From Chiloscyllium plagiosum (Eukaryota), in assembly GCF_004010195.1 (NCBI RefSeq), contig NC_057757.1:5370430-5434429 (forward strand): 64,000 nt of DNA, given 5' to 3'. The notes beneath the pieces were generated by a model. The model was not told the origin of the DNA, made no database searches, and saw only the letters and a program-made list of their open reading frames with translations. A program made the translations under genes and the position numbers. Below are positions 1 to 13,285 of the stretch, one piece after another; position 1 is the stretch's first letter, and every line of letters begins with the position of its first letter.

Positions 1-79
1 CGACCAGATCCTCAGCTTTGGTGTAGGTTGCAAAAATCACTCTTGATCAGAACATGGTGTGGAACTCTTTCTTCCAGTA

Positions 80-450
80 GGGTGACACGGTGGCTCAGTG
101 TAACTGCTGCCTCGCACAGCACCAGGGATCTGGATTTGATTCCAGTATCGGGCGACTGTCTGTGTAGAGTTTGCACATTCTCCCCCCGTGTCTGCATGGA
201 TGGGAGATCCAAATATTAGATTAAACGGATGAAGTACAAAAGAATGGAAGATGTGCAGGTTAGGTGGATTGGCCTTGCCTAATTGTCCAGAGCATCCAGG
301 GATCTGCTGGCTAGTTTGATTAGCCATGGGAAATGCAGGGTTACGGGGATAGCATAGGGGACGGATCTGGCTTAGATGCTCTTTGGAGGGTCAGTACGGA
401 CTTGGTGGGCCAAATGGCCTGCTTACGCACCATAGGGATTCTACGATTCC
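80..450 (+). mobile_element. HE1-type tRNA-derived SINE (interrupted)
   Basis: ggtggctcagtg head, gagtttgcacattctccccc core, gggccaaatggcctg...gggattct tail. Confidence 0.75.
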
Positions 451-808
451 ATAATCGTTATCTCTGATAGAGGCAGAAAGACTTCCTCTGTCACTGCACT
501 GGGAGCAGTTTGGCATTGGATTATTTACTCAAGTCTCTGAAGCCCTGACCTCCTGATTCTGAGGCATGGATGCCACCAAACTGCTTTCTGTAGCCAAATA
601 GCCAGTGGTAAGTGTGGTGCCCAGGGCAGGAATGATATTCAACCAGATGAGAACGGAGTTGAGCAAGTGAACAAAAGTCTGCTTTTTGAAGAATACATAT
701 TTTAATTTTGTTTTTGTGGACTTTCATGCTCTTTGGGATAGCAGTGAATTCTTCTCTTATCTTCCTCAGCCAAACTCTGTGTTTTTCCTCTCTTTCCCCG
801 CACCTTAG

Positions 809-936
809 AAAACGTGGCATCGTGACCTTCCTGTCTGGTAAGGATGCAAGCCAAGCACTGAAGTACAACGGTGAAGAGTTGCTCGGCCGGGCCCTGCGGA
901 TACGCCGGCCCCTGCAGATCCTGAGACCGGTAGCAA
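809..936 (+). CDS. Nucleolin-like gene, exon encoding an RRM C-terminal half (nucleolin RRM1-like); gene begins upstream of the window
   Basis: Pyrimidine tract + ttag acceptor, A|gtaagt donor, phase 2-1. (R)KRGIVTFLSGKDASQALKYNGEELLGRALRIRRP resembles nucleolin RKFGYVDFESAEDLEKALELTGLKVFGNEIKLEKP. Confidence 0.85.
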
Positions 937-1030
937 GTAAGTCGAAGGCTTAGTTAACGTCCGATCCTTGCATTTTTCCTGCAAGTGAGGTTGTTACCTT
1001 GTTTGACAGGTGCGATGTTTATTTTCAAAG

Positions 1031-1114
1031 TTGTCAAGGGAAGGAAACGAAAGCTTAAGGATGCTGACGGGGAATCCTTGATTCCGGCAAAGAAGAAGAA
1101 TGTTCGGAAAGCAA
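1031..1114 (+). CDS. Nucleolin-like gene, Lys-rich mini-exon 1 (84 nt, bipartite NLS-like)
   Basis: ttttcaaag acceptor, A|gtacgt donor, phase 1-1; VKGRKRKLKDADGESLIPAKKKNVRKA. Confidence 0.8.
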
Positions 1115-1517
1115 GTACGTGGCATCATCACAGCAGCGTTCCAGAACTGTCGTCGAATGTGCCGGTAGATTTGGTGGTGGGGGTGGGGGGGTGCAGGGTG
1201 CAGAGCAGCCAGCTACCTCAATCTCAGGGTCCTTTAAAGCTGTGGCTCAGTAGCTGACTAATCTTTGAACTGCAGAGTTGTGGGTTTGGGTCCCAGCTCG
1301 TGGACCTGAACACACAACCTGGGACAGCATTCCCACCGTGGGATGCGTGCTGCTGAGGTGCCACCTTTCAGACTGAACATTGGCAGCTAAGTTGGAGACC
1401 CCATGACATGACAGCATTTGTCTCTGAACCGATATCTCGATATAGCCGTGGGATCTCGCAGTATGTGAGTCGGCTGCTGGGTTTTAATTAGAACATTTCA
1501 AAGATTCACTCAGTCTA

Positions 1518-2130
1518 GTCTATTGTATTAGCTGCTGACAATGTGGTCTCCTCTATACTGAGGAAACGAAGGGTAGGCTGGGTGACAACTTCACAGAACA
1601 CCTACGTTTTGCCCGCAAAAAGGACTCCGAGCCTCCAGCTGCCTACCACTTCAACACATAGCCCTGTGTTCCCTGGCCAACATTTCTGTCTCCAGCTCGC
1701 TGCAGTGCTCAAGTGAAGTTCAGTGCAAGCTGGAAGAACAGCACCTCGTTTTCCGCTCAGGAACTCTGCAGGCTTCTGGACTCAATATCGAGTTCAACAC
1801 CTTTTAGGGTTTGAGCTGTCCCATGGCCTTACCCCAACCCCACACACCAGGCCTTATTATCACAGGGTCTGCTATTATGACTGTTAGCTGCTAACAGTCC
1901 CCATTATTAGCTATTCACTTTCCTAGCCTGATCATCATCCACTCCTTTGTCTGTCCAACTGTTCTCTCACGTTTTGGGCTCTATCTCCATCTATTGTTTA
2001 CCCACCGCCACCACCACCCTGTCATCAGTTCTGAGATAGGGTCACTTGACCCATAATGTTACTTCTGATTTCTCTCCACAGATGCTGCCAGACCTGCTGA
2101 GCTTTTCCAGTGATTTGTGTTCTTGGTTCA
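1518..2130 (+). mobile_element. Decayed Penelope-like element 3' end (GIY-YIG endonuclease remnant + pseudo-LTR tail)
   Basis: Translates to VYCISC*QCGLLYTEETKGRLGDNFTEHL...YHFN* and KLEEQHLVFRSGTLQASGLNIEFN, followed by the tail (gatgctgccagacctgctgagcttttccag) shared with the palindromic repeats. Confidence 0.8.
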
Positions 2131-2398
2131 AAAATACGACACTGGCTGAAAACCACTTTGTAACTTAGACTTTGAAAGCCGCTGTAAAAATCATTATAAT
2201 TGTCAGGCCAGGGCTACAGGGCAGTGGCAGAAGGGTGGGATTAATTGAGTTGCAGGTGCAGAGAACTGCTATAGATGTGAGGGGGCTGAGTGGCCTCCTC
2301 CTGTGCTATAACTTTTCTGTGATTCTGCAAGTCTTTTTGTACTTTTCCCAACTCTGTTCCCGTTGTTACTTGGCTCTTTACTTTTTGTTTTCCAAAAG

Positions 2399-2470
2399 CC
2401 ACATTGACTAAGAAAAACAAGAAGGAATCAGAGTTACTGATTAAAAGAAGGAAGAAAAAACAAGAACAAA
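2399..2470 (+). CDS. Nucleolin-like gene, Lys-rich mini-exon 2 (72 nt)
   Basis: Pyrimidine tract + aaaag acceptor, A|gtatgt donor, phase 1-1; TLTKKNKKESELLIKRRKKKQEQ. Confidence 0.75.
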
Positions 2471-3073
2471 GTATGTACACATCATCTGTTCCTGAAATGA
2501 ATCTGTACTCTTCTTTCCCTCTTTCTACCGAATTTACTGCTCCCCAGCAAACACCCAGAATGCACTCTGGTTCTAGCTCAGAAAATTGCTGACGGTTGTC
2601 AGTGTATCTTGTGCTACTGGCCCATGCACACCAAGAAGACAATCAAACTCTTGTCAAACTGGCTGAGCCTTCAGTGCTTAGAAGGAAGCCATTCAGCCCA
2701 TCATGCCTACTCGTGCTTTGTCAATAGAGTGTGTAAATCTGCATGTTCTAGTTGTGATTTAAGAACAGCGTATGCTATTTGGGCACCAGAGGGTATTCTG
2801 GAGTAATTCTGGTAGTGCCCCTTCCTCTGCACCAGGTTCAAGTCCTACCTGTCCTGGAGGTGTGTCATTACTTGTCCGAACAGATTAGGTTAAAAGTCTA
2901 TAACAACCCAGTTCCGCCTGGGAGAGTCTGGACTGTGGATGGGAAATGTGGGCAGCACCTATGCTGTAGGATAAACTAACTGGCCAGGTCTTGTTTCACC
3001 CTTTAACCGATAGACTGCTAATCCAGAACCCAGGCTAACGCTAATAGGTTGGGTATAGGTTTGATTCTCACCA

Positions 3074-3520
3074 TGGCAGCACCAGGGACCCGGATTCGAT
3101 TCCAGCCTCGGGTGACTGTCTGTGTGCAGTTTGCACGTTCTCCCCATGTCTGCGTGGGTTTCCTCCGGGTGCTCTGGTTTCCTCCCACAGACCAAAGATA
3201 TGCAGGTTAGGTGAATTGGCCATGCTAAATTGTCCCATAGTGTTCAGCGATGTGTAGGTTGGGTGCATTTGTCAGGGATAATGTAGGGTAACAGGATAAG
3301 AGAATGGTTCTAGGTGGGTTATTCTTCGGAGGGTCGGTGTGGACTTGTTAGGCTGAAGGGCCTGTTTTCACACTGTAGGGATCCTATGATTCTATGAAAG
3401 CAGTTCAATTCCCTTAGTGTTAGGTGCATTAGTCAGGGAAATGGGTCTGGGTGGATTACTGTTTGGAGGTGTGGACTTGTTGGGCCAAATAGCCTGTTTC
3501 CACACTGTAGGGAATCTAAT
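3074..3520 (+). mobile_element. HE1-type SINE plus an extra 3' fragment
   Basis: Typical core and a duplicated ctgtttccacactgtaggga tail. Confidence 0.75.
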
Positions 3521-4024
3521 TTAGTCGACTAATCTTATTCTCCTTTATACACAGTTTTAAAGTCAGGCAGACATTCTATCTGACATTCTTGGGTTAGGGT
3601 TAGAAGTCTAAACAGCTGCTGGTGCCCTAACCTTTGCCCAGTTTGCGCTAGTTGCTCTTAAATCACAGCTAAAGCACACTGATATATGCAGTGAATTGAC
3701 ACAGCTGTTGTACCACAAGTAGGCATGATGGGCCAAATGGCCGAGAGTGAAAAGTTCACAGTTTGTTGTTCTACAAACAGCCCTGCACTAGATTCAAATC
3801 CCAGTTTGACTTGAGTTTGCTGGTTGGAGTGGATGTGCAGTACGGTTGGTCTCTGTGTCTCTGAGCTAGTGTTTTAGCTGGCCTTTGGACTCTTGAGGAC
3901 TGACCAGTAATATCCCTACTGCTGGCTTGATTGGTGGGTGTGTATGGGAGGAGCAGGCAAAGTCAGGGTCTTGTATAGGACCAAGGAATTTATTATGGCT
4001 GCTACTTGTATGTTTGTTCATCAG

Positions 4025-4093
4025 AAGCTGAGAAAATAGAGGAGGAGGAAGCATCGACACGTCAGAAGATGAAGAAAAGACATTGGGAGATAA
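4025..4093 (+). CDS. Nucleolin-like gene, mini-exon 3 (69 nt)
   Basis: ttcatcag acceptor (CAG/AAG NAGNAG), A|gtatgt donor, phase 1-1; AEKIEEEEASTRQKMKKRHWEI. Confidence 0.72.
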
Positions 4094-4704
4094 GTATGTA
4101 AATAGATACTTGCTGATATCTTGCAGATGTGGTCTCTCAGTGGTTAGCACCGCTGCCTCTCAGTGCCAGTTCCCTCAGGCAACTGTCCGTGTGGAGTTTG
4201 CACATTTGCCTCGTATGGGTTTCCTCCCACAGTCCAAAGATGTGCAGGTTAGGGTGGGTTGGCCATGCCAAATTGTGCAGAGCGTCCAGGCATGTGCAGG
4301 CTAGGTGAATTAGCCATGGAAATGCAGGGTTAGAGAGGTGAGGTAGGGGCTAGATCTGGATGGGATGCTCTTTAGAGGGTCTATGTGGACTTGATGGGCC
4401 AAATGGCCTGTTTCCACACTGAGGGGATTTTGTGTTTCTATCATCATAGGAGAAGACGTAGGCCATTCAGCCTGTTGAATCTATTTTGCTACTAGTGATA
4501 CAATGACTGATCTCATAATCTTCAACTCCACTTCTCTGCTTTTTCTCCAACCACTCTTGGTATCCTTACTGAGTTTAAATATACTTAATGATCCAGCCTT
4601 GACAGCCCACTGTGATAATGTAATCCCCAGACTGACTACCATCAGAGAAGAAATTCCTCCTCATTACTGTCCCAACTGGAAGACCCTATTCTGAGATGAG
4701 CACT

Positions 4705-6840
4705 TTGGAGAGATTGACCATAGTTCAGTTACATTTAGTTGGAAAGGGATAGGTACATGCCACAGGTTAAGAGTTATTGATGGAGCAAGGGCAATTATAA
4801 TGTGATTAGGCAAGAATTACGATGCATAGAATGGGGTAGCAAAATGCAGGGGATGCGGACAATGGAAATGTGGAGCTGGTTTAAGGAATAGATATTGCGT
4901 GTCCTTGATAGGTATATCCCTGTCAGGCAGGAAGTGATAAGGTAAGGGAACCGTGGTTTACTACAGAAATTGCATCTCTTGTTAAGCGGAAGAAAAAGGC
5001 TTATGTGTTGATGAGACAGGATGGTTCAGATGAGGTGATGGAGAGTTACAAATCAGCTAGGAAGGATTTAAAGAGAGAGTTAAGAAGAGCAAAGGGAGGA
5101 CACGAGCAGTCGTTAGCAGGTAGAATAAAGGAGAACCCTAAAGCTTTCTATAGATATGTGAGGAATAAAAGGATGACTAGGGTAGGAATAGGGCCAGTCA
5201 AAGACAGAAGTGGGAAGTTGTGTGTGGACCCTGTGGAGATCAGAGAGGTGCTAAATGAACATTTCTCATTGGTTTTCACTCAGGAAAAGGAGAATATTGT
5301 AGACGAGACGATTGAGATACGAGATATTCGACTAGAAAGGATCGAGGTTAGTTACGAATAGGTGTTATCAATTCTAGGATTGAAAGTAGACAAGTCCCCT
5401 GCGCCAGATGGGATTTATCAGAGGATTCTCTGGGAAGCTAGAGTTGGAGCCTTTGCTTTTGATATTTGAGTCATCATTGTCTACAGGTTTAGTACCAGAG
5501 GACTGGAGGAATGCAAATGTTGTTCAAGAAGGGCAGTAGAGATGACCCAGGTAATTATAGACCACTGAGCCTTACTTCTGTTGTAGGAAAGGATTATAAG
5601 AGAGAGGATTTATAATAATCTAGCAAGCAACAATTTGATTTCGGATATCAACGTGGATTCGTCATGTCTCACAAACCTTATTGAGTTTTTTGAGAAGGTG
5701 ACCAAGCATGTAGATGAGGGTAGGGCAGTTGATGTGGTGTACCTGGACTTTAGTAAAGCCTTTGATAAGGTAAGCTGTTGGAGAAAATGCAGAGACCTGG
5801 GATTGCGGGTGATTTACCAGTTTGGATTGGAAACTAGCTTTCTGAAAGAAGGCAGCGAGTGGTGGTTGATGGAAAATATTCAGCCTGGAGTCTGGTTACT
5901 AATGGTGTGCCACAAGGATCTGGTTGGGACCACTGCTGTTTGTCATCTTTAAAAATGACTTAGACGCAGGCAAAGGTGGATGGATTAGTAAATTTGCAGA
6001 TGACACTAAAGTCGGTGGAGTAGTGGACAGTTTGGAAGAGTGTTACAGGTTGCAGGTGGACTTGGATAAACTGCAGAATTGGGCTGAGAGGTGGCAAATG
6101 GAGTTCAATGCAGCTAAATGTCAGGTGGTTCACTTTGGGAAGAATAACAGGAAGGCAGAGTACTGGGTCATTGGAAAAATTCTTGGTAGTGTGGACATGC
6201 AGAGGGATCTTGGAGTCCATGTACATAGATCCCTGAAAGTTGCCACCCAGGTTGATAGTGCTGTTAAGAAGGCATACGGTGTGTTAGGTTTCATTGGTAG
6301 AGGGATTGAGTTCCGGAGCCGCAATATCTTCTGCAACCATATAAAACGCTAGTTCTGGTCACCATATTTCGGGAAGGATATGGAAGCATTGGAAAAGGTG
6401 CAGAGGAGATTTACCAGGATGCTGTCTGGTCTGGAGGGAAGGTCTTATGAGGAAAGGCTGAGAGACTTGGGTCTGTTCTCATTGGAAAGAAGAAGGCTAA
6501 GAGGAGATTTGATAGAGACATACAAGATGATCAGAGGATTAGATAGGGTAGACAGTGAAAGTCTTTTTCCTAGGATGATGATGTCAGCTTGTACAAGGGG
6601 GCGTAACTACAAATTGAGGGGTGGTAGATTTAAGACAGATGTCGGAGACAGGTTCTTTATTCAGAGAGTGGTAAGGGCGTACCTGCCAATAGTTAACTCA
6701 GCCACATTAGGGAGATTTAAACAATCCTTGGATAAGCACATGGATGATGGTGGGGTAGTATAGGGGGATGAGCTGAGAATAGTTCACAGTTGGCGCAACA
6801 TTGAGGGCCGAAGGGCCCGTTTTGCACTGTTTTGTTCTAC
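4705..6840 (+). mobile_element. CR1-clade LINE (HER1-like), degenerate ORF2 and 3' UTR
   Basis: ORF fragments with VYLDFSKAFDKV, KFADDTKVGG and LEKVQRRFTRM...GLFSLERRRLRGDLIETYK; frameshifted. Confidence 0.92.
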
Positions 6841-7578
6841 GTGCCACACAAATCCCAAGCAACAATCATCACTGATAAGAGACAGTCTAACCACTCCCTC
6901 TTGACATGCAGTGGTGTTACTGTCAAAGCCCCCACTATCAACATCCTGGGGGATTATCATTGACTGGAAACTCAACTGGACTCACCACATAAACACTGGC
7001 TACAAGAGCAAATCAAAGGCTAGGAATACTGTGACAAGAAACTCCCCTCCTGACACCCTAAAGTCTGTCCATCATCTACAAGGCACAAGTCAGGGGTGTG
7101 ATGGAATACTCCTCAGTTGCCTGGATGAGTGCAGCTGAAACGACACTCAAGAAGCTCGCGCCATTCAGGACAAAGCAGTCCACTTGATTGGCACCACATT
7201 CACAAACACCCACTTCCCTCAGTCGCAGCACTGTGTGCTATCTACAAGTTGCACTGCAGCAATTCACCAAAGATGCTCAGACAGCCCTTCCTGACCCTCA
7301 GCCATATCCATCTAGAAAGACAAGAGCTAGCAGATACGTGGAAACACCAGCCCCTGCAAGTTCCACTCCAAGCAAATCTCCATTCTGGCTTGGAAATATG
7401 TCAGTGTGTATGTTGCTGTCGCTGGGTCAAAATGCTAGAATTTCCTTCCTAATGGCATTGTGGGACTGCAGCAGTTCATGAAGGCAGCTTGTCCCCCACC
7501 TTCTCGAGGGCAACTAGGGACGGAATAAATGCTGGGCCCAGCCAGTGACACCCACAATCCTGCAAATGAATAAAAAAC
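6841..7578 (+). mobile_element. 3' fragment of a second CR1/L2-group LINE family
   Basis: Homologous to 12765-13285; ends in aataaatgctgggcccagcc...gaataaaaaa, a tail shared with a SINE family in this window. Confidence 0.65.
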
Positions 7579-7828
7579 ATTGTCCTGTAGAACACCCCTC
7601 AGTCCTCTTCAAAATAGCAACTGAAGGATCTTTTATGTCTACCCAAAGCCAGCCTCAATTTTAGCCAACAGCCAGCATTTTCAAAACCGCAGCATTCTGT
7701 TAACACTGCCACCAGAGCTGTCAGCCTGAATCTTTGTGCTCAGGTCTCCAGCATGGGAATGGAGCTCTTCAGATGAGCATTATGACTTGTCCATATGGTT
7801 ATTTGAATAGAAAGGATTACAGAAAAAA

Positions 7829-8128
7829 GGGTGGCACGGTGGGCTCATTGGTTAGCACTGCTGCCTCACAGCGCCAGAACCCAGGTTCGATTCCAGCCTC
7901 GGGTGATTGTCTGTATAGAGTTTGCACATTTTCCCCGTGTCTGCGTGGGTTTCCTCCGGGTGCTCCGGTTTCCTCCCACAATCCAAAAGAAGTGCAGGTC
8001 AGGTGAAATGGCCATGCTAAATTGCCCCATAGTCAGAGGGAAACGGGTCTGGGTGGCTTACTCTTCGGAGGGTTGGTGTGGACCTGTCGGGCCGAAGGGC
8101 CTGTTTCCACACTGTAGGGAATCTAATC
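7829..8128 (+). mobile_element. HE1-type SINE
   Basis: Complete head, core and tail motifs. Confidence 0.8.
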
Positions 8129-8186
8129 AGAAAAGGCAGGAAAATGGCACTGACACTATCTTTTGAACTTGTTTCTTCCTGGGAAG

Positions 8187-8264
8187 CTGCTTCAACTGAG
8201 CAGCATGGAGAAGACGCCACAGAAACCTCGCTTCGGCAGCTGAAGAAACGGAGACGCGGCAAGT
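8187..8264 (+). CDS. Nucleolin-like gene, mini-exon 4 (78 nt)
   Basis: tttcttcctgggaag acceptor, T|gtaagt donor, phase 1-1; ASTEQHGEDATETSLRQLKKRRRGK. Confidence 0.72.
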
Positions 8265-8755
8265 GTAAGTGGATAAAACTACTTGTGATTTGAGGTTGTC
8301 TCTGGCTGAGCCTGTTCAGGCACAGCACTGGCTACCTTGCCAAGCATGTCTGCAGACTCAGTCAGTCAATTCATTGCCCCTGACGAGTCATAGAGATATA
8401 CAGCATGGAAACAGACCCTTTGGTCCAACTTGTCCATGCAGAACAGACACGCTAAATTAATCTAGTCCCATTTATGTGTAATCACTCATCCCTGGAGACA
8501 CTCTGCTGAATCTCCTCTCCAAAGTCTTTGTTACGATGTTTTGCCTCACATCATTTCTGGCTGTTTTCCACATCCACTTAAAGCTGCCTTAACAGTAGGG
8601 TAGCCCATATTGTACACATGTAGCTTTGACCAGGGGCGTACAACACCAAAGGAGGCCATTGAGCCCATCAAGTATGCATGGGTGAGCCACTTCATGGTTT
8701 CTGCTATGCCAGATTCCTGGTATCTACATTTTTGAAAATTTGTCTGGAGGAAACT

Positions 8756-9092
8756 GGGTGGCACAGTGGCTCAGTGGTTAGCACTGCTGCCTCACAGCGC
8801 CAGAGACCCGGGTTCGATTCCACCCTCAGGTGGCTGTCTTCAAGTGCCCATCCATTCTCCCCGCGGGTGCTCCAGTTTTCTCCCACAGTCCAAAGATGTG
8901 CAGGTTGGGTTGGATTGGCTATGCTAACGTGTCCTAAAGTGTCCAGGGATGTGTAGGCCAGGTGGATTACCCATGGGAAATGCAGGGTTGCAGGGATAGG
9001 GTAGGGGGTTGGGCATGGGTGGTATGCTCTTTAGATGGTCAGTGGTGACTGAATGGGCCAAATGGCCTGCTCCCACACTGTCGGGTTTCTAT
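8756..9092 (+). mobile_element. HE1-type SINE
   Basis: ggtggcacagtggctcagtggttagcactgctgcctcacagc head. Confidence 0.8.
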
Positions 9093-9331
9093 GGAAGTTA
9101 CAGGCTGAACCCTTGATGGATTTGACAGGGGCATGAACTGAAGAGGCCAGGTGGGAAACACTTTTTTTTCAGGAGATCCTTACCAGGTGCAGAGCGGGAC
9201 AGGAAAAAGCCAGGACTGGTGGCAAACGTTGGGGTGGAAAGGCGGGGAAGAGGCAGTAGGATTGTGGGACTGGAGTGCACCTTACCGAGCGCAGCTCTTG
9301 TCAGAAAACTCACTGCTTTGTTCTCAAAAAG

Positions 9332-9412
9332 CAGCTTCAAGTGAGGGACGCAAAGGCGATGATCTGGAGGACAAGCTATTTGAGAAGGAAAAGAAGCAAA
9401 GTACAGAAAAAC
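9332..9412 (+). CDS. Nucleolin-like gene, mini-exon 5 (81 nt)
   Basis: ttctcaaaaag acceptor (alternative CAG 3 nt downstream), C|gtaagt donor, phase 1-1; ASSEGRKGDDLEDKLFEKEKKQSTEK. Confidence 0.75.
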
Positions 9413-9664
9413 GTAAGTGAATAGTTGTTTCCTGCTCACTCACTTTATTGCCTATCGGTTTGTTCAACCATATATTTATTCACGCACCACCCTGACTTGG
9501 AACTACATCGGCTGCGCCCTCACTGTGTCGCTGGGTCAAAAGCCTGGAATTCCCTCCCACGGCATTGTGGGTATCCCCACACCACACCACACCACACAGA
9601 CTTCAGCCATTCAATACGGCAATGCTCCAGAAGAATTTTAAGGCTGATTATGAGATGTGCAAAA

Positions 9665-9957
9665 CGGTGGCACAGTGGTTAGCACTGCTGCCTCACAGCA
9701 CCGGAGACCCGGGTTCAATTCTGGCCTCAGGCGACTGACTGTGTGGAGTTTGCACGTTCTCCCCGTGTCTGCGTGGTTTTCCTCCGGGTGCTCCGGTTTC
9801 CTCCCACAGTCCAAAGATGTGCAGGTTAGGTGAATTGGCCGTGCTAAATTGCCCCATAGTGTTAGGTAAGGGGTAAATGTATGGGTGGGTTGCGCTTAGG
9901 GGGTCGGTGTGGACTTGTTGGGCCGAAGGGCCTGTTTCCACACTGTAATGTAATCTA
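9665..9957 (+). mobile_element. HE1-type SINE (well preserved)
   Basis: Head, core and ctgtttccacactgtaatgtaatct tail. Confidence 0.82.
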
Positions 9958-11218
9958 AAAACGCACAATGCCCATATGCTGTGAACGAATCACAAAACAA
10001 GATAAATAGGAAGTCTATCTTACCCAGGCCAGCGTTTATTGCTCATCACTAATTGCCTTTGAGATGATAACTTCAACTGCTGAAGTCCGTGGGGTATAGA
10101 TACACTCACCGTGTTATTAGGGAGGCAGTTCTAGGAGTTTCTTTTATTCATTTGCTGGCCAGCATTTATTACCCATCCCTTGATGTCCTTGAAGACCCTT
10201 TGTAGCGATTAGTACAACTGAATGGCTTGCTAGGCCATTTCAGAGGGCAATTGAGAGTCTATTGCTGTCAGCCCAGAGTCACAAATGCCAGCTCCCTTTC
10301 CTGAAGGACATCAGTGAACCAGATGGGCTTTTCCAACAACGTCAACAGTCTCATGATCATCAGTAGATTATTTTCCTATTAAATTCAAATTCTACCATCT
10401 GCTGAGGTGGGATTCGAACCTAGAACATTCGCTGAGTTTCTGGATTTATAATCTTGTGATAATGCCACTAGGCCATCCCTATTTGACCCAGCAACAGTAA
10501 GGGAAGAGCTGATGTAGTCAGGATGGTGGCAGCTTGGAGTGGTCCTGTCAGTCCCACTCCATCCATGCTATCCCCACAGACCTGCAAGTTCTTCATCTTC
10601 AAGTGCCCATCCATTTTCCTTTTGAAATCATTCATCATCTCTGCCTGCACCTGGATATTAGTCCCAGCGGTTACCACCTGCTGCATAGGGAGAAAATAAA
10701 AACCAAGCTTCTTGCAAATAAGAGCAGAAGTAGGGCCATTCGGCCCTTCAAGCCAATCATAATGATATTGGTTGTTCATCCAGTTCAGTTCCCTGTTCCC
10801 GCTTTCGCCCCATATCCTTTAGCCCTAACAACCCTATCTAACTCTTTCAAAGCCTCAGCTGTGTTCTGTGACAGAGAATTCCACTCCTGGTTCTTGGCTC
10901 CCCTGGTCGCCAGGAGCAAATTCCAAATCAATGTCACTATCTCCTTTTCCCCTTTGATTTCCTTTTCGAAGTACTGGGCTTACAACTGAGACACAGTACT
11001 CTGAGGTTTGGCCAGTAGGTTTTGTACTCTATTCCCTTCGTAAAGGCTGGAATCTCAAGTGCTTGCATTTTTGATGACCTGATCAACTTGCCTAGTCTGA
11101 TTTGGGAAAGGGAGAATTACAGGAGAGCAATTTAACAGGATCCCAATTGTCAGAATGTGGCCTCTTACATTGCTCAGTCACACCACTGCCATCAAACCCT
11201 TCATTTCTTCCCAAAAAG

Positions 11219-11308
11219 CTGCTTTTAGTGAAAACGCAGATGGGAACGCTGCTTCTCTGCCTCAGAAGAAGAAGAAGAAAAAGAAAAGGAAAAAAGCTGA
11301 GGAGAAAG
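11219..11308 (+). CDS. Nucleolin-like gene, mini-exon 6 (90 nt, poly-Lys)
   Basis: tttcttcccaaaaag acceptor, G|gtaagg donor, phase 1-1; AFSENADGNAASLPQKKKKKKKRKKAEEK. Confidence 0.78.
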
Positions 11309-11387
11309 GTAAGGAAGTTCTTTTCAAGACGTGAACTTGTGTCTACTTCAACCTTTTCACTGACTTCCATTGCTGGTTTGAACAGGA

Positions 11388-11683
11388 GCGGCTCAGTGGT
11401 TAGCACTGCTGCCTCACAGCACCGGGGACCCGGCTTCGGCTCCACCCTTGGGCAACTGTCTGTGTGGAGTCCGCACATTCTCCCTGTGTCTCCTTGGGTT
11501 ACTTCCGGGTGCTCTGGTTTCCTCCCACAGTCCACAAATGTGCAGGTTGGGTGTATTGGCCATGGGAAAGGCAGAGTTTCTGGGATAGGGTTGGGGGGCT
11601 CTGTGTGGATGGAATGCTCTTTAGAGGGTCGGTCTGGACTTAATGGTCCGAATGGCCTGCTTCCACACTGTAGGGATACTATG
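11388..11683 (+). mobile_element. HE1-type SINE
   Basis: Same motifs as the other copies. Confidence 0.78.
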
Positions 11684-12764
11684 AAGTGCTTGTGATATTG
11701 CTGGGAATCAGTTGTTGGCGCACTTCACACACTCACACTCACAGCACTCGTGCACACACGCGCGCACACACACTCTCTCACACAATACATACATACACAC
11801 ACACATAAACAGAAGTTGCAGCATGGTGGTCAACTTTGGATTAGATTTTATTCTCACATGTACTCGAGTATAGGAATACAGGAGTACAATGAAAAGTGTA
11901 CAAAATCGCCATTCTCTGACGCCCGATTGGTTACACACTTGACTACAAAACTGGAATCTTAAAAAAAAAAGCCCAGCAGAAATAAACAAAACAAAGCCAA
12001 AATGACTGAAAAACATCCAGATATTAAAGTCAGGGGACAATTTCAAAGTTTGCAGATGAAAGAAAACGTGTACCAAACAAAACCAGAAACTGCTGGAGAA
12101 ACCAAACAGGCCCGGCAGTATCCATGGAAACAGAAACCGGGTTCAGTGTCTCAAACCTGCTCAAACTGTTTGGATTAACAACACAGTGATCCTGAGTTTG
12201 AACCTGACTACAGTAAACTAATGTCAATTTGTCAAGTTATTTTTGGAAACCCATCTCATTCATGGCAACATTTCCCAGTGCAACGCAGTCTGACCTACAT
12301 GTCCCTGTATTACCGTAGAGAACTTTGGTGGGGGAGGGAAGAAAAGCTGTCTTTTCATGTTAACAGTATTACCCAAACAAGATTTAAGAAAAAGGAGTGG
12401 AATGAAAGGATTTGGATATTGAGAAAGAGTGGGTAAATCGAGTTGAGATACAGAAGCGGGGATGTTCACCAATGGTTACAACTAGGAATGGTTACGTTTC
12501 TGATGAAGAGCTTTTGCCGGAAACATCGATTTTTCTTGCTCCTCGATGCTGCCTGACCTGCTGTGCTTTTCCAGCACACTCTAATCTTGACTCTGATCTC
12601 CAGCATCAGGAGTACTCACTTCGGCCTAATGGTTACACCATGTCAGTACCATTTGCGGCTTCTCGGACACTTGAAGCTGTCCATGTTCAAGTTCAAAAAA
12701 ATATCTGAAAATGAGATATATATTTTAAAAAACCACATTTAACAAGATGACATCCAAATTTGGG

Positions 12765-13285
12765 CTGACAAGTGCCACAGAAATGTCAGGCAATGACCAT
12801 CACCAATAAGAGGCAATCTAATCACTACCCCTTGATATTAAGTTGTGTTATCATCACTGAATTCCCCCACCTCACCACTATCAATGTCCTAGGGGTTATC
12901 ATTGTTCAGAAGCTCAACTCGACTCTCCACATAAACACAGCAGTTACAGGAGCAAGTCAGAGGCTGGGAATACTGTGGAAAGTAACTCACCACCTGACTC
13001 CCCAACGCCTGTCCACTAGGCACAAGGCAGGACTCTGATGGAATACTCCCCGCTTGCCTGGATGGGTGCAGCTCCAACACCGTCCAGGCCAGTGGCGCCA
13101 CATCCACAGGCATCCACTCCCTCCACCACTGACGCTCAGTAGCAGCAGTGTGTACCATCTACAAGATGCACTGCAGGAGTTCACCAAAGATCCTCAGGCA
13201 GTACCTGCCAAACCCACAACCACTTCCATCTAGAAGGACAAGGGCAGCGGATACATGGGATCACCAGCCCCTTCAAGCCCTCCCA
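12765..13285 (+). mobile_element. Fragment of the second CR1/L2-group LINE family
   Basis: Homologous to 6841-7578. Confidence 0.6.

Noticed and set aside
5005..6763. ORFs with reverse-transcriptase motifs as a functional gene
   Set aside because: Frameshifted fragments of a 5'-truncated CR1 LINE.
11102..11695. 197-aa Arg/Lys-rich ORF
   Set aside because: It reads mini-exon 6 in the wrong frame and runs into a SINE.
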